DNA of 39,046 nucleotides from a virus. Its lineage: Duplodnaviria > Caudoviricetes. Shown here piece after piece: positions 26,043 to 35,722 of the stretch (within the stretch, counting starts at the first letter, position 1; the number at the start of each line of letters is the position of its first letter). The DNA lies in IMG/VR virus record IMGVR_UViG_3300042297_000157, positions 1 to 39,046 of that record. The stretch is one strand, 5' to 3'. Made by a program: the position numbers and the translations under genes. The notes beneath the pieces are model-generated. The model saw only the letters and a program-made list of their open reading frames with translations. It was not told the origin of the DNA and ran no database searches.

Positions 26043-27298
26043 TGGCATCAACTGAACATCTCTTAATCAGCAAGGTTATTCAGACTGCTGACCTCAGCGA
26101 AATCATTGACGGTGGACTTCGTCCCGATCACTTCAGTGGCGAGTGGTCTGACATCTGGCTATGGGTTCTTGATTACTGGCGTGAGTACAGCGTGGTGCCA
26201 AGTGCCCGTGTCTTCAAACAACAGTACGCAGACCTTCGTTTGCTCAATGCAGAGAACGAACCATTCCAAGCGCTCATTGACGAGATCTATGTTGCATACA
26301 AGCACCAGCACTTGGTCAGCGCAATTACATCGGCTCTACCATCGCTTAACAACAACGAGACCGAAGAAGCATTTAACAAACTCTCCGAAGGCTTACAAAA
26401 AGCATCAGTAGAAGTTGCACGCCTCCGAGACATTGACCTCATGGAATCATGGGAAGGACGGTTAGCAAAGTATGAAGAGATGCGCAACACTCCGAACGGT
26501 CTTCGTGGAATTCCGACAGGCTTTCTTGGTCTTGATCGGATCACTGCTGGTCTTCGGCCTCAGCAGTTGGTTACATTCGTTGGTGAAGCGAAAAAGGGTA
26601 AATCATTAATGACCTTGATCATGGCTGATGCGGCTCACAGCCACGGCATCACGCCAATGTATGTTTCATTTGAAATGAGTATTGAAGAGCAAGCGGCTCG
26701 TTATGACGCCATTATTTCAGGAGTGCCACATACACGCATTATTCGTGGTGACTTAACTGCCCAAGACATGGAACGCATTTCAAAAGCATTGAAACTTCGC
26801 AAGAACATGCACCCGTTCATCATGACTGAAGACACCCACTCGTTAACAACAGTGAGTGCTCTTGCTGGGAAGGTGCAACAACACCGCCCACGCTTGTTAA
26901 TTGTTGATGGTGTGTATCTCATGGACGATGAGCAGGGAGAGCCAAAGGGTTCGCCACAAGCATTGACAAATATCACACGCTCGCTCAAGAGGTTGGCACA
27001 GCGTTTTGATATCCCTATCATCGGGACAACACAAGTATTGTCGTGGAAACTTGGGAACAAGAAGTCACGGCAGATTACGGCGGAAGCAATTGGTTACACA
27101 TCGTCATTCGCACAGGACTCAGACCTTGTGCTCGGTGTGGAATCAGATCCTGACGTAGATAACCAAGCAATCATCAGAGTTATCTTGTCTCGGTCATCAC
27201 CTAAGGGTGAAGTAAGAATTAAATGGGATTGGGAAAATATGAACTTTACGGAGGTGGATGAAAATGACAACGGCGACACAGACAACTGGTACTACTGA
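26042..27298 (+). CDS. dnaB: Replicative DNA helicase (DnaB family)
   Basis: 'GIPTGFLGLD', Walker A GEAKKGKS, 'SFEMS', 'LIVDGVYL', 'SLKRLA', 'QDSD'. Confidence 0.93.
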   Translation: MASTEHLLISKVIQTADLSEIIDGGLRPDHFSGEWSDIWLWVLDYWREYSVVPSARVFKQQYADLRLLNAENEPFQALIDEIYVAYKHQHLVSAITSALPSLNNNETEEAFNKLSEGLQKASVEVARLRDIDLMESWEGRLAKYEEMRNTPNGLRGIPTGFLGLDRITAGLRPQQLVTFVGEAKKGKSLMTLIMADAAHSHGITPMYVSFEMSIEEQAARYDAIISGVPHTRIIRGDLTAQDMERISKALKLRKNMHPFIMTEDTHSLTTVSALAGKVQQHRPRLLIVDGVYLMDDEQGEPKGSPQALTNITRSLKRLAQRFDIPIIGTTQVLSWKLGNKKSRQITAEAIGYTSSFAQDSDLVLGVESDPDVDNQAIIRVILSRSSPKGEVRIKWDWENMNFTEVDENDNGDTDNWYY

Positions 27299-28184
27299 TC
27301 TTTCTAATGTTCTTCTAGAACTCGGCGTAGATGTACGGCGAACAAGTGGTCGTGAGATTTCAGGGTGCTGTCCAGTACACGAGAAGCGCACGGGTCGTGC
27401 AGATGGTTCTCCATCATGGTCCATGAACTCAGAGAGCGGTCTATGGATCTGTCACTCATGTGGCGCCCGTGGAACACTTGCTGGACTTGTCTCAGAGTTG
27501 ACAGGAAACCCCGACAGTGTCTCGGCTGTTAATCAGTTACTCATTGAGACAGGTATCAACCGACTTACTGCTCCAGAGCGTGTTGAGTACCAACCAGAAG
27601 TTGATTGGGTTTCGTACAGTCGCTTTGAACAAGTGCCACACAAAGAGTTGGTAAAACGACACCTTGATGCAGACGTTGCGTTAGTGCACGGCATCAAATG
27701 GAACATGATGAAAAAAGCATGGGTAATTCCTATCGTGTCCCCGTTAGGTGAACTAATGGGATGGCAAGAGAAAGGTCCTGAGTACTTCAACAACAATCCA
27801 GTTGGTGTAAAGAAGAGCAAGACACTTTTTGGTATTGAACGCTTTCAGTCAAGGACTGCTGTGCTCGTTGAATCACCACTAGATGTGGTGAGGTTTGCAT
27901 CATCATTCGGGGGTATGCAAGCACTCGCCACATTTGGTGCTCATGTAAGCCACGAGCAAATGACATTGCTCTCTGAGTCAGCAGAGCGTGTGATCATTGC
28001 AATGGACAATGACAAAGCAGGTATTGAGTCGGCTAAGACTTTGTTAAAAGCGTTGCCACGTTTTCGTGACGGTATCTTCTTCCTGGACTACAGCAAGACT
28101 GACGCCAAAGACATTGGTGACATGACAGACGAAGAAGTGGACTACGCAATTAAGCAAGCGTCTGTTATTCCTTGGTGGATGTAA
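27258..28184 (+). CDS. dnaG: DNA primase (CHC2 zinc finger plus TOPRIM)
   Basis: 'CPVH...CHSCG', 'LVESPLD', 'MDNDKAG', 'KDIGD'. Confidence 0.9.
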   Translation: MKMTTATQTTGTTDLSNVLLELGVDVRRTSGREISGCCPVHEKRTGRADGSPSWSMNSESGLWICHSCGARGTLAGLVSELTGNPDSVSAVNQLLIETGINRLTAPERVEYQPEVDWVSYSRFEQVPHKELVKRHLDADVALVHGIKWNMMKKAWVIPIVSPLGELMGWQEKGPEYFNNNPVGVKKSKTLFGIERFQSRTAVLVESPLDVVRFASSFGGMQALATFGAHVSHEQMTLLSESAERVIIAMDNDKAGIESAKTLLKALPRFRDGIFFLDYSKTDAKDIGDMTDEEVDYAIKQASVIPWWM

Positions 28185-28393
28185 TGAAACACATCATTCA
28201 CGTCCACCAGCAAAACATTAAAAAAGGTATTAACGCCATTATTGATAGAACCTACAAAGGGTCTACACATCACCGTTCGTTAGACATTCAATGCCCAAAC
28301 TGTGGAACCACATCAGCCACAGTTGTCCAATCCGACACACCTGATCGTTGTGGTGCTCGTGTTTGGATAGAAGCACAAGAGGTTTCTACATGA
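28184..28393 (+). CDS. Small conserved phage hypothetical protein
   Basis: 69 aa, 'IIHVHQQ...CPNC...CGARVWIE', coupled to both neighbours. Confidence 0.7.
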   Translation: MKHIIHVHQQNIKKGINAIIDRTYKGSTHHRSLDIQCPNCGTTSATVVQSDTPDRCGARVWIEAQEVST

Positions 28394-29937
28394 CCTTTAA
28401 TGGCACCCTTTATCCGTTTCAACAGGAAGCCATGGAGCGCATGGTTGATCGTGGACAGATGATGCTTGCTATGGTCATGGGCGCTGGTAAGACCCCAACA
28501 ACACTTGCCGCCATTGAACGCCTGTTTGATGATGGAGAGATTGATCGTGTAGCGGTAGTGGTTCCCTCATCACTTAAGTTTCAATGGCTTCGTGAAATCA
28601 AAAAGTTCACTAACTCAAAAGCAATTGTGATTGATGGTACTAAGACTGCCCGTGCACCACTATGGCGTAACGCTATGCGTTGTCGTTATGTCATTGTCAA
28701 CCCTGAGATGTTGGTAAAAGATGAGAAAGAGTTTCTTGCACTTAAGTTTGACGCCATGGTTATAGATGAAGCAACCATTATTAAGTCCCCTAGAGCAAAG
28801 CGTTCTAAGTTACTTAAGCGCCTTGGTGCTAAGTGCCATTACCGCTTTGCGCTAACAGGTCAACCTATTGAGAACAAACCAGAAGAATTGTTCTCTATTA
28901 TGGAGTTCGTAGATAAGGGAGTGCTAGGTCGTTTTGACATCTTTGACCGCACATTCATTGTTCGTGACCACTACGGTAAACCAGTCCGTTACCGAAACCT
29001 TAAGCAACTACAAGACAGTCTCACTGAGTCAATGGTCCGTAAGACACGAGCAGACATCGCAGACCAATTGCCAAAAGTTATACATCAGGTAATACCTGTA
29101 TCTTTTGATAACGCTGGCGCAGTTGCCTATGAGTCAATTGCTAAAGATCTTCTTAAAGAAATAGCAAACGCCATTGCAACACATGGACGTGGTTTTGACT
29201 TGTGGTCCCACTACAACGGCGGGGACGGTGGCGGAGAAGCACAAGGACAGATCATGTCTCGTCTAACTATCCTGCGCATGCTGTGTGACAACCCAGCCCT
29301 TGTGTACGACTCTGCTCGTAAGTTCCGAGAGACACAAGGCAAAGACGGAAGCCAGTATGCGGACAAGATACTTAAGGCTGGTTGGCTATCAGAGACTGCC
29401 AAATCGCCAAAGATGGCATCGGTCATTGAGTATGTAACGGACATTCTGTCGGGTGACCCTGACAGTAAAGTTGTTCTTTTTTCATTCTTTAAACAGAATT
29501 TACGACTGTTGCAAGAGGCTTTCAAACCTCAGACTAATAGTGTTCTTTTTATGGGTGGTATGTCTGCTGAAGAACGAGACGCCGCCAAACAACAGTTTGC
29601 TACAGACCCACATACCCGTATATTCCTGTCCTCAGACGCTGGTGGATACGGCGTGGACTTGCCAAATGCCAACTATCTGATCTCCTATGACCTGCCATGG
29701 AGCGCTGGGAAACTGGATCAGCGAGAGGCTCGCATTATCAGGTTGTCTTCGTTACACCCCCACGTTACAGTTGCATCCTTCGTTATGAAAGGTTCAATTG
29801 AGGAACGCCAGTATGAAATGCTTCAACAGAAGCGTGGCATCAATGAGGCTTTTATTGACGGAAATTACGACAGTCAGGGTAAGTTTGAATTAACAATCGG
29901 TACCCTGTCTGACTTCATATCAACATCACAACTGTAA
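28390..29937 (+). CDS. SNF2-family helicase
   Basis: 'MGAGKT', 'IDEAT', 'LTGQPIEN', 'GGYGVDL', 'QREARIIR'. Confidence 0.93.
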   Translation: MTFNGTLYPFQQEAMERMVDRGQMMLAMVMGAGKTPTTLAAIERLFDDGEIDRVAVVVPSSLKFQWLREIKKFTNSKAIVIDGTKTARAPLWRNAMRCRYVIVNPEMLVKDEKEFLALKFDAMVIDEATIIKSPRAKRSKLLKRLGAKCHYRFALTGQPIENKPEELFSIMEFVDKGVLGRFDIFDRTFIVRDHYGKPVRYRNLKQLQDSLTESMVRKTRADIADQLPKVIHQVIPVSFDNAGAVAYESIAKDLLKEIANAIATHGRGFDLWSHYNGGDGGGEAQGQIMSRLTILRMLCDNPALVYDSARKFRETQGKDGSQYADKILKAGWLSETAKSPKMASVIEYVTDILSGDPDSKVVLFSFFKQNLRLLQEAFKPQTNSVLFMGGMSAEERDAAKQQFATDPHTRIFLSSDAGGYGVDLPNANYLISYDLPWSAGKLDQREARIIRLSSLHPHVTVASFVMKGSIEERQYEMLQQKRGINEAFIDGNYDSQGKFELTIGTLSDFISTSQL

Positions 29938-29946
29938 GGAAAAACG

Positions 29947-30381
29947 ATGGCATCAGTAAAACGAGAAAAACCAGCAGAAGAATCAATCATCAAAGACTTT
30001 GATGAAGTCCACTTAGAGCGCCTTGCCGAAGAGTTCAAGAAGTCCAAAGAGACTGTTGACATTCTTGAGAAGCGCTTAGGCGACATGAAGAAACAACTTG
30101 CCGAGGCTGTAACTGTGTTTGGTTACACAGACGACAAGGGACACCAGTGGTTGAAGGTTGGCTCATTTGAATTAAAGCGTGAGCGCCGTATCTCTCGTTC
30201 ATTGGACACCATGGCTGTAGAACAGTGGGCACGCTCTAACGGTCATTGGGACACCATTAAGAAAGTTGTTGAAGTTGTGGACGAGGACAACCTCGTTAAG
30301 TTTGCATGGGAACACAAAGACCATGAAGAAACCATTACTTCGTTCTATGTTGAAAAAGAAACGTGGGCATTTAAAGCGTGA
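29947..30381 (+). CDS. Hypothetical protein (N-terminal coiled coil)
   Basis: 144 aa, SD AAGGA. Confidence 0.75.
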   Translation: MASVKREKPAEESIIKDFDEVHLERLAEEFKKSKETVDILEKRLGDMKKQLAEAVTVFGYTDDKGHQWLKVGSFELKRERRISRSLDTMAVEQWARSNGHWDTIKKVVEVVDEDNLVKFAWEHKDHEETITSFYVEKETWAFKA

Positions 30382-30812
30382 GCGACAAAGCACTTGAAAT
30401 GTTTGGCGACCTGCCTGACTTTCCAGGTTCCCGTGCGCCTAAGAATCGCCCATCAACTAAGAAACAAGATTCATATTTAAGTGATCGCTTTAACGGCGCT
30501 CGCTACAAGGTCTATCGGATCAATGGAGAAGACATGCAAATGTTTACCATTGGTCAGTTAGCAATTGCTGTAAACCGAAAGCCCGTAACAATTCGTATGT
30601 GGGAAGCACGAGGGTGGGTACCTAAAGCCACCTACCGTACTCCCGCTCCGAAGACTGCACAGATTCCTAACAAATCTGTAAAAGGACGGAGGCTTTACAG
30701 CAGGACACAGGTAGAGTTTCTACTTGAAGCAATACAAACCTTCAAACTAGATACTGCGCAAGCAGACTGGTCGGGGTTTGCAAATCACACATCAAAAAAC
30801 TATCCAAAGTAA
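30378..30812 (+). CDS. MerR-like HTH DNA-binding protein
   Basis: 'FTIGQLAIAVNRKPVTIRMWEARGWVP...GRRLYS'. Confidence 0.8.
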   Translation: MSDKALEMFGDLPDFPGSRAPKNRPSTKKQDSYLSDRFNGARYKVYRINGEDMQMFTIGQLAIAVNRKPVTIRMWEARGWVPKATYRTPAPKTAQIPNKSVKGRRLYSRTQVEFLLEAIQTFKLDTAQADWSGFANHTSKNYPK

Positions 30813-30830
30813 CTCACAGAAAGAAAAACG

Positions 30831-31553
30831 ATGCCATTTAATGAATTTGAAGATGACGAGCAGGAATTCCAACCTGTCGTTCGTAAGAAGCCAGCCATCT
30901 CAAAAGATGACGATGAAATCACAGCCAAGCCACGACCAGCCCGTGTTGCAGACGAAGACGATGCTCCAAAGGCACGCCGTGTTGTCCGCAGTGGTTGGAG
31001 CGGTGTTGACTCCGTAAAGACAGGCGACAGCAACTACGCCGTCCGTCTTAAGTTGACCGAAGACACTCAGATCATTCGCTTCATTGGTGATGCTCCATAC
31101 GCTTCGTATGGTCAGCACTGGCTTGAGCGTTCTGGTCAGAAGTCATTCGTATGCATTGGCGAAGACTGCCCACTCTGCAAAGCAGGTAGCCGTCCGTCCA
31201 AGCGTCACAACTTCAACGTTGCACTTCTCACCGAAGGTGAAGAGCCAGCGCTCCGTTCATTGGAAATTGGTCCACGAGTAATTGACCAGTTGAAGAACTT
31301 CCACAACAGCGACCGTACAGGTCCTCTTGATAAGCACTACTGGGCTATCTCACGCACAGGTAAGGGCGCAACATCGTCCACCTTGCTTCAGATGGTCAAA
31401 GCGGCTGACCTTGAAGAGTGGGGTCTTGCAGCGATTACCAGCGATCAACTCACTGAACTTGAGGAGAACGCATACACAGAAGAAATCATTCAGGTTCCTT
31501 CTAAGCGTGACTTGATGCAAATTGCATCAGAAGAACTCGGCTTTGACAAATAA
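30831..31553 (+). CDS. Single-stranded DNA-binding protein (T4 gp32-like)
   Basis: 240 aa, 'IIRF...QHW...CIGEDCPLC', located just upstream of the polymerase. Confidence 0.75.
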   Translation: MPFNEFEDDEQEFQPVVRKKPAISKDDDEITAKPRPARVADEDDAPKARRVVRSGWSGVDSVKTGDSNYAVRLKLTEDTQIIRFIGDAPYASYGQHWLERSGQKSFVCIGEDCPLCKAGSRPSKRHNFNVALLTEGEEPALRSLEIGPRVIDQLKNFHNSDRTGPLDKHYWAISRTGKGATSSTLLQMVKAADLEEWGLAAITSDQLTELEENAYTEEIIQVPSKRDLMQIASEELGFDK

Positions 31554-31556
31554 GCC

Positions 31557-33638
31557 GTGATCACACTTAAAGACAATGACATGGGGCGCCCAGCGCCCCA
31601 TGTTGTGTCTACCATCGCAGAACTACATGAGATCATCGCAGTTATCCAAAACGTTGGGGCTTTTGCGTTTGACATTGAGTCCCGTGGAATCCTTGATCGC
31701 CATCCCGACCTTCTTGAACACATTGAGAAGGAATGGAAAGCGCATGTCGCAAAACTCAAGAACCCATCTCCCGACATCACTCGTAAAGCACGGGAGAAAA
31801 TAGAAGACGATTACCGCAAGATGCTTGCGCTTGATCCTTTGCGTAACGAAGTCTTTTGGCTAGGTATTGCTACTAAAGGTCATTCATGGGCAATCCCTAT
31901 GGGGCACAGCCGAGGCTCCATCTTGGTTCCCGAAGAGATTGGTGACGGTACTACTGTCCCTCCTGAGGGTTACCGAAAAGTTCTCAAGAGTGGTCAAGAG
32001 TCCACCGCTAAGGCTCGTTACCACATCCCAGCGCAATACTTACCTGTACCTGAGCAACTGTCTCGCTCTGTCGTACTTGAGGAACTGCGTCCATTGTTTT
32101 TTAGTGATTTGATTAAAGTTGGGCACAACGTCAAGTTTGACGCTCGCTCATTAAGCAAGTACTACAACGAAGTCCCATCCAATCCGTTTAGGGACACCAT
32201 GCTTCTACAGCACGCCATTAATGAGAACCTGATGTCTTACTCACTTGAGAGTTTGATTCAACACAACTATGACAAGCACAACGCCTACTCCCGTGAAGGT
32301 AAGTTGGGCAAGATCATTGACTTAGTTCCATTTGATTCTGCGGCTCGCTATGTGCACCTTGATGCCCGTTGGACATGGATGCTCTACGAGCGCCTGTCTA
32401 GTTATCTGAAACACCATGATGACCTAACACGAGTGGTTGAACAAGACTCCGCAGTGTTACGTGTCCTCATGCAGATGGAGAACGAAGGCATCCCAGTAGA
32501 CCACCGTCAGTTGAAGATCCTGGGTACAGAACTAGACGGGAAGATGCGAGACACTCTGTTGGAGTTGGCTAAGTACGCACCAGTTGGTTTCAACCCTGAC
32601 TCCACAAAGCATAAGCAAGCATTCTTGTTCAACAAGAAGCGTGAAGGTGGATTGGGACTAAAACCATTTAAAGAAACTAAAGGTGGCGCACCATCAGTAG
32701 ACGAAGAGTCATTGAGGCGATTAGAGTCCAAGCACCCAGCGCTTACTTTGCTCCTGCAGTGGTCCGAAACTCAGAAACTTAAATCAACTTATGTTGATGG
32801 GTTACTACCTAAGTTGTCTAAAGGTCGTTTGCACCCGTCATACAACCTGCACCGAACTGCTACAGGTCGCTTGTCTGCATCTAATCCGAACCTACAGAAC
32901 ATCCCACGTGAGTCCAGTATCCGTAGCCTTTTCATTGCTCCAAAGGGTTACACCCTGATGGTGGCTGACTACGACCAAATTGAACTACGAGTGATGGCGA
33001 TGTTCTCCAAAGATCCTGAGTTGATCCACATCTTTAACAATGACATTGACATTCACGCAGGTGCTGCCGCCTTGCTCTTTGGTAAAGATGTATCAGAGGT
33101 GACCAGTGACGAGCGTCAGATTGGTAAAGGCGTGAACTTCCTTACTGCCTACGGCGGTGGTTATATGAAACTGGCTCGCACCACAGGGATCCCTGAAGAG
33201 CGTGCCAAGTACATGATCAACCGCTACTACGAGCAGTTCGCAGGACTGACCCAGTGGAAGCGACATATCGTGTCCCAAGCCCGTGCCAAAGGCTATGTAA
33301 CTACCCTGACTGGTCGCAGGCGCCGTTTGCCCGATATCAAGTCCCCAGACGATGAGAAGCGCTCCAGAGCAGAGAGACAGGCGATTAACGCCGTAGTTCA
33401 GGGCAGTGCGGCTGACATCTGCAAGATTGCCATGATTGACATTGAAAAAGCCCTACAAGGAACTGATACTAGGATGCTGGTGCAGGTTCATGACGAAATC
33501 GTGACCGCAGTACCAGAGAATTCCTGGGAGGAAATCATGCCACGTTTTATTCAAGCCATGGGTGACGGTGTCATCCTGCGTGGCGTCCCTCTCAAGGTGT
33601 CCTGCAATGTTGCACATAACTGGGCAGACGCTAAGTAA
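31557..33638 (+). CDS. polA: DNA polymerase, family A (3'-5' exonuclease plus polymerase; start GTG 31557 or ATG 31581)
   Basis: Exo motifs 'FDIE', 'HNVKFD', 'YVHLDA'. Pol motifs 'TGRLSASNPNLQNIP', 'DYDQIELR', 'RQIGKGVNFLTAYG', 'QVHDE'. Confidence 0.96.
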   Translation: MITLKDNDMGRPAPHVVSTIAELHEIIAVIQNVGAFAFDIESRGILDRHPDLLEHIEKEWKAHVAKLKNPSPDITRKAREKIEDDYRKMLALDPLRNEVFWLGIATKGHSWAIPMGHSRGSILVPEEIGDGTTVPPEGYRKVLKSGQESTAKARYHIPAQYLPVPEQLSRSVVLEELRPLFFSDLIKVGHNVKFDARSLSKYYNEVPSNPFRDTMLLQHAINENLMSYSLESLIQHNYDKHNAYSREGKLGKIIDLVPFDSAARYVHLDARWTWMLYERLSSYLKHHDDLTRVVEQDSAVLRVLMQMENEGIPVDHRQLKILGTELDGKMRDTLLELAKYAPVGFNPDSTKHKQAFLFNKKREGGLGLKPFKETKGGAPSVDEESLRRLESKHPALTLLLQWSETQKLKSTYVDGLLPKLSKGRLHPSYNLHRTATGRLSASNPNLQNIPRESSIRSLFIAPKGYTLMVADYDQIELRVMAMFSKDPELIHIFNNDIDIHAGAAALLFGKDVSEVTSDERQIGKGVNFLTAYGGGYMKLARTTGIPEERAKYMINRYYEQFAGLTQWKRHIVSQARAKGYVTTLTGRRRRLPDIKSPDDEKRSRAERQAINAVVQGSAADICKIAMIDIEKALQGTDTRMLVQVHDEIVTAVPENSWEEIMPRFIQAMGDGVILRGVPLKVSCNVAHNWADAK
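31571..31610 (+). terminator. Long hairpin (terminator or attenuator) after the SSB gene, overlapping the polA start region
   Basis: ACATGGGGCGC(31579-31589)-CCA-GCGCCCCATGT(31593-31603) perfect 11 bp, extendable with G-U pairs to 31571/31610. Confidence 0.6.
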
Positions 33639-33991
33639 TGCAAGATATAGAGCAACGTAACTTCTATCTCATGTTGTCGGTCCCTGATGGACAGGATTAC
33701 GCCAGCACTATGGGCTTCTCCAGACCATCAGAAGATGTAAGAGAAGTGGAGTACGCAGATGTCCTGTCTCGTTGGGGCGTCTTTATTGCTACTGACATAT
33801 ACAACGAGATCATAGAAGGCGGTAATTGGTTTGCTGATTTACTAGAGAAATCGGATAAACTAGTATCCCCTAAAGATGAGATTGTTGCCATATTGACAGT
33901 ATTCGGTATGGCGATGGTTAACAAACTGGCGGACTCAGAGAGAATTTTAATAATGTTAGACAACTTGATGGAGGAAGAAGACGATGAGTGA
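33638..33991 (+). CDS. Hypothetical protein
   Basis: 117 aa, TAATG-coupled to polA. Confidence 0.75.
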   Translation: MQDIEQRNFYLMLSVPDGQDYASTMGFSRPSEDVREVEYADVLSRWGVFIATDIYNEIIEGGNWFADLLEKSDKLVSPKDEIVAILTVFGMAMVNKLADSERILIMLDNLMEEEDDE

Positions 33992-34373
33992 TTGGTGGAG
34001 TAAAAAGATTGCAGGAGAGAAGCCAACAGCGCCTCGTACTTACGCAACTCCTCCGACTTCTCCTGTTCTAAATTTCCCTGTTGCGCAACCACAACAACAA
34101 GTTCAACAAGGTAACCAAGAAGTATTGGACCCTAATCGTGCACCCACAGACCAGTTAAACATGAGTGACGCTATTCGCTTATGGAAAGGTGGAGAAGCGG
34201 CACGTAAAGAAGGAAACTCAACTTGTCCTGAATGCGGAAGTATTTATGTATTTAGCCGTGTAGGACGAGGATCAAACAGTATGATCAATGGAGCACAGCC
34301 AGCCCCACGTTGTTATTCGTGTGGTTGGAACGGAAGGTTTTCACAAGGCGACGGATCAAGTTGGGGAGTATAA
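33984..34373 (+). CDS. Zn-ribbon hypothetical protein
   Basis: 129 aa with CPECGS and CYSCG, immediately upstream of recA. Confidence 0.75.
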   Translation: MSDWWSKKIAGEKPTAPRTYATPPTSPVLNFPVAQPQQQVQQGNQEVLDPNRAPTDQLNMSDAIRLWKGGEAARKEGNSTCPECGSIYVFSRVGRGSNSMINGAQPAPRCYSCGWNGRFSQGDGSSWGV

Positions 34374-35390
34374 ATGACTGACTACGAATCACTCAATTCA
34401 ATCATCAATGCGATGAACAAGAAGTACGGAGACGGCACGCTCGTTAAAGGCAGTTCAGTTCGTGAGTTGATGCCCCGCATCACCACGGGCATTCTTGCCT
34501 ATGACCTCATGCTTGGTGGCGGTTGGCCCGCTAACCAGTGGAGCGAAATCATTGGTGAAGAGTCATCGGGTAAGACTGCACTTGCGTACAAGACAATTGC
34601 GGCTAACCAAGCACTTGACCCAGACTTTACAGCGCTATGGATTGCGGCTGAAGAGTACGTACCTGATTATGCCAAGAGCATTGGCGTAGACCTTGACCGT
34701 TTGTGGGTCGTTGAGTCCAACATCATGGAACAGGTTTATGACCTTGTCATCAAGGCACTAGACAACCGTGCCGTTGACATGATCGTGATTGACTCACTCC
34801 CTGCCCTCGTACCTAGTGACGAATCAGAAAAGATGATGGAAGAGTTCACCGTAGGTCTTGGTGCTCGCCTCACAGGTAAATTCTTCCGCAAGTCATCCAA
34901 GTCACAGAAGCGCTCACTGATTCATGACGAGCGCCAGTGCACAGGCATCATGATCAACCAGTGGCGTGAAAAGATCGGTGTGATGTGGGGAGACAACCGC
35001 ACTACCCCAGGTGGTAAGGCTAAGAACTTCCACTACTTCTGCCGTGTTGAAGTAAAGCGTGACGAATGGATTAAAGCCAAGGACGAGACTGTTGGTCAAA
35101 CCATCAAGGCTCGTACCATGAAGAACAAGACGTACCGACCACAGCAAGTTGCTGTAGTTGACTACTACTTTGCAGACACCACTGGCTTCACTCGTGGTGA
35201 GTACGACACTGTAAAAGATGTTGTCAACATTGCAATTGCATATGAGTTGGTTACTCGTGCAGGTGCTTACTACTCCTATGGAGATCAGAAGTGGCAGGGC
35301 AAGGACGGAGTGCTCCAAGCAGTTCGTGAAGACATTGACCTGCGTGACAAGATCACTAAAGAAGTGTTTGCAAAGTTTGGTCTTGAATGA
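34374..35390 (+). CDS. recA: RecA/UvsX recombinase
   Basis: 'EIIGEESSGKT', 'IVIDS', 'INQWREKIG', 'TTPGGKA', 'AGAYYSY'. Confidence 0.96.
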   Translation: MTDYESLNSIINAMNKKYGDGTLVKGSSVRELMPRITTGILAYDLMLGGGWPANQWSEIIGEESSGKTALAYKTIAANQALDPDFTALWIAAEEYVPDYAKSIGVDLDRLWVVESNIMEQVYDLVIKALDNRAVDMIVIDSLPALVPSDESEKMMEEFTVGLGARLTGKFFRKSSKSQKRSLIHDERQCTGIMINQWREKIGVMWGDNRTTPGGKAKNFHYFCRVEVKRDEWIKAKDETVGQTIKARTMKNKTYRPQQVAVVDYYFADTTGFTRGEYDTVKDVVNIAIAYELVTRAGAYYSYGDQKWQGKDGVLQAVREDIDLRDKITKEVFAKFGLE

Positions 35391-35722
35391 TCCTTGGTGG
35401 TGATGACCGCAGAGCCATTAATAAGACATCCAAGAAACAGGAACAGCGAAGTGCTAAGTCCTACAAAGGAAGTCGGAACGCTGGCTCAGGCTCAGGATGG
35501 TTGCGTAAGAATGACGTACGCACTGCCGATATCTTGATTGAAAACAAGTTCACCACCAATACCAAACAAATAACTATTAAACACAAAGACCTGTCAGAGT
35601 TAGTTGAACGTGCCATATTGGAAGATCGTCTTCCTGTACTGCAATTTGACCTTAACAACCGTAGGTATGTAGTGTTAACTGAAGACGACTTTCTAGAGAT
35701 GAGCGGAATAAACGATGACTGA
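35387..35722 (+). CDS. PD-(D/E)XK nuclease, Holliday junction resolvase-like
   Basis: 'QE...GSGSG...KNDV...IENKFT'. Confidence 0.7.
   Translation: MILGGDDRRAINKTSKKQEQRSAKSYKGSRNAGSGSGWLRKNDVRTADILIENKFTTNTKQITIKHKDLSELVERAILEDRLPVLQFDLNNRRYVVLTEDDFLEMSGINDD

Noticed and set aside
31557-33638. Modified-base (Z-genome) polymerase
   Set aside because: No purZ or other base-synthesis genes are in the window, and motif B has the ordinary Phe (KGVNF).
26042-35390. Inteins or introns in DnaB, helicase, PolA or RecA
   Set aside because: Lengths are ordinary, motifs are contiguous, and no intein or homing endonuclease signatures were seen.
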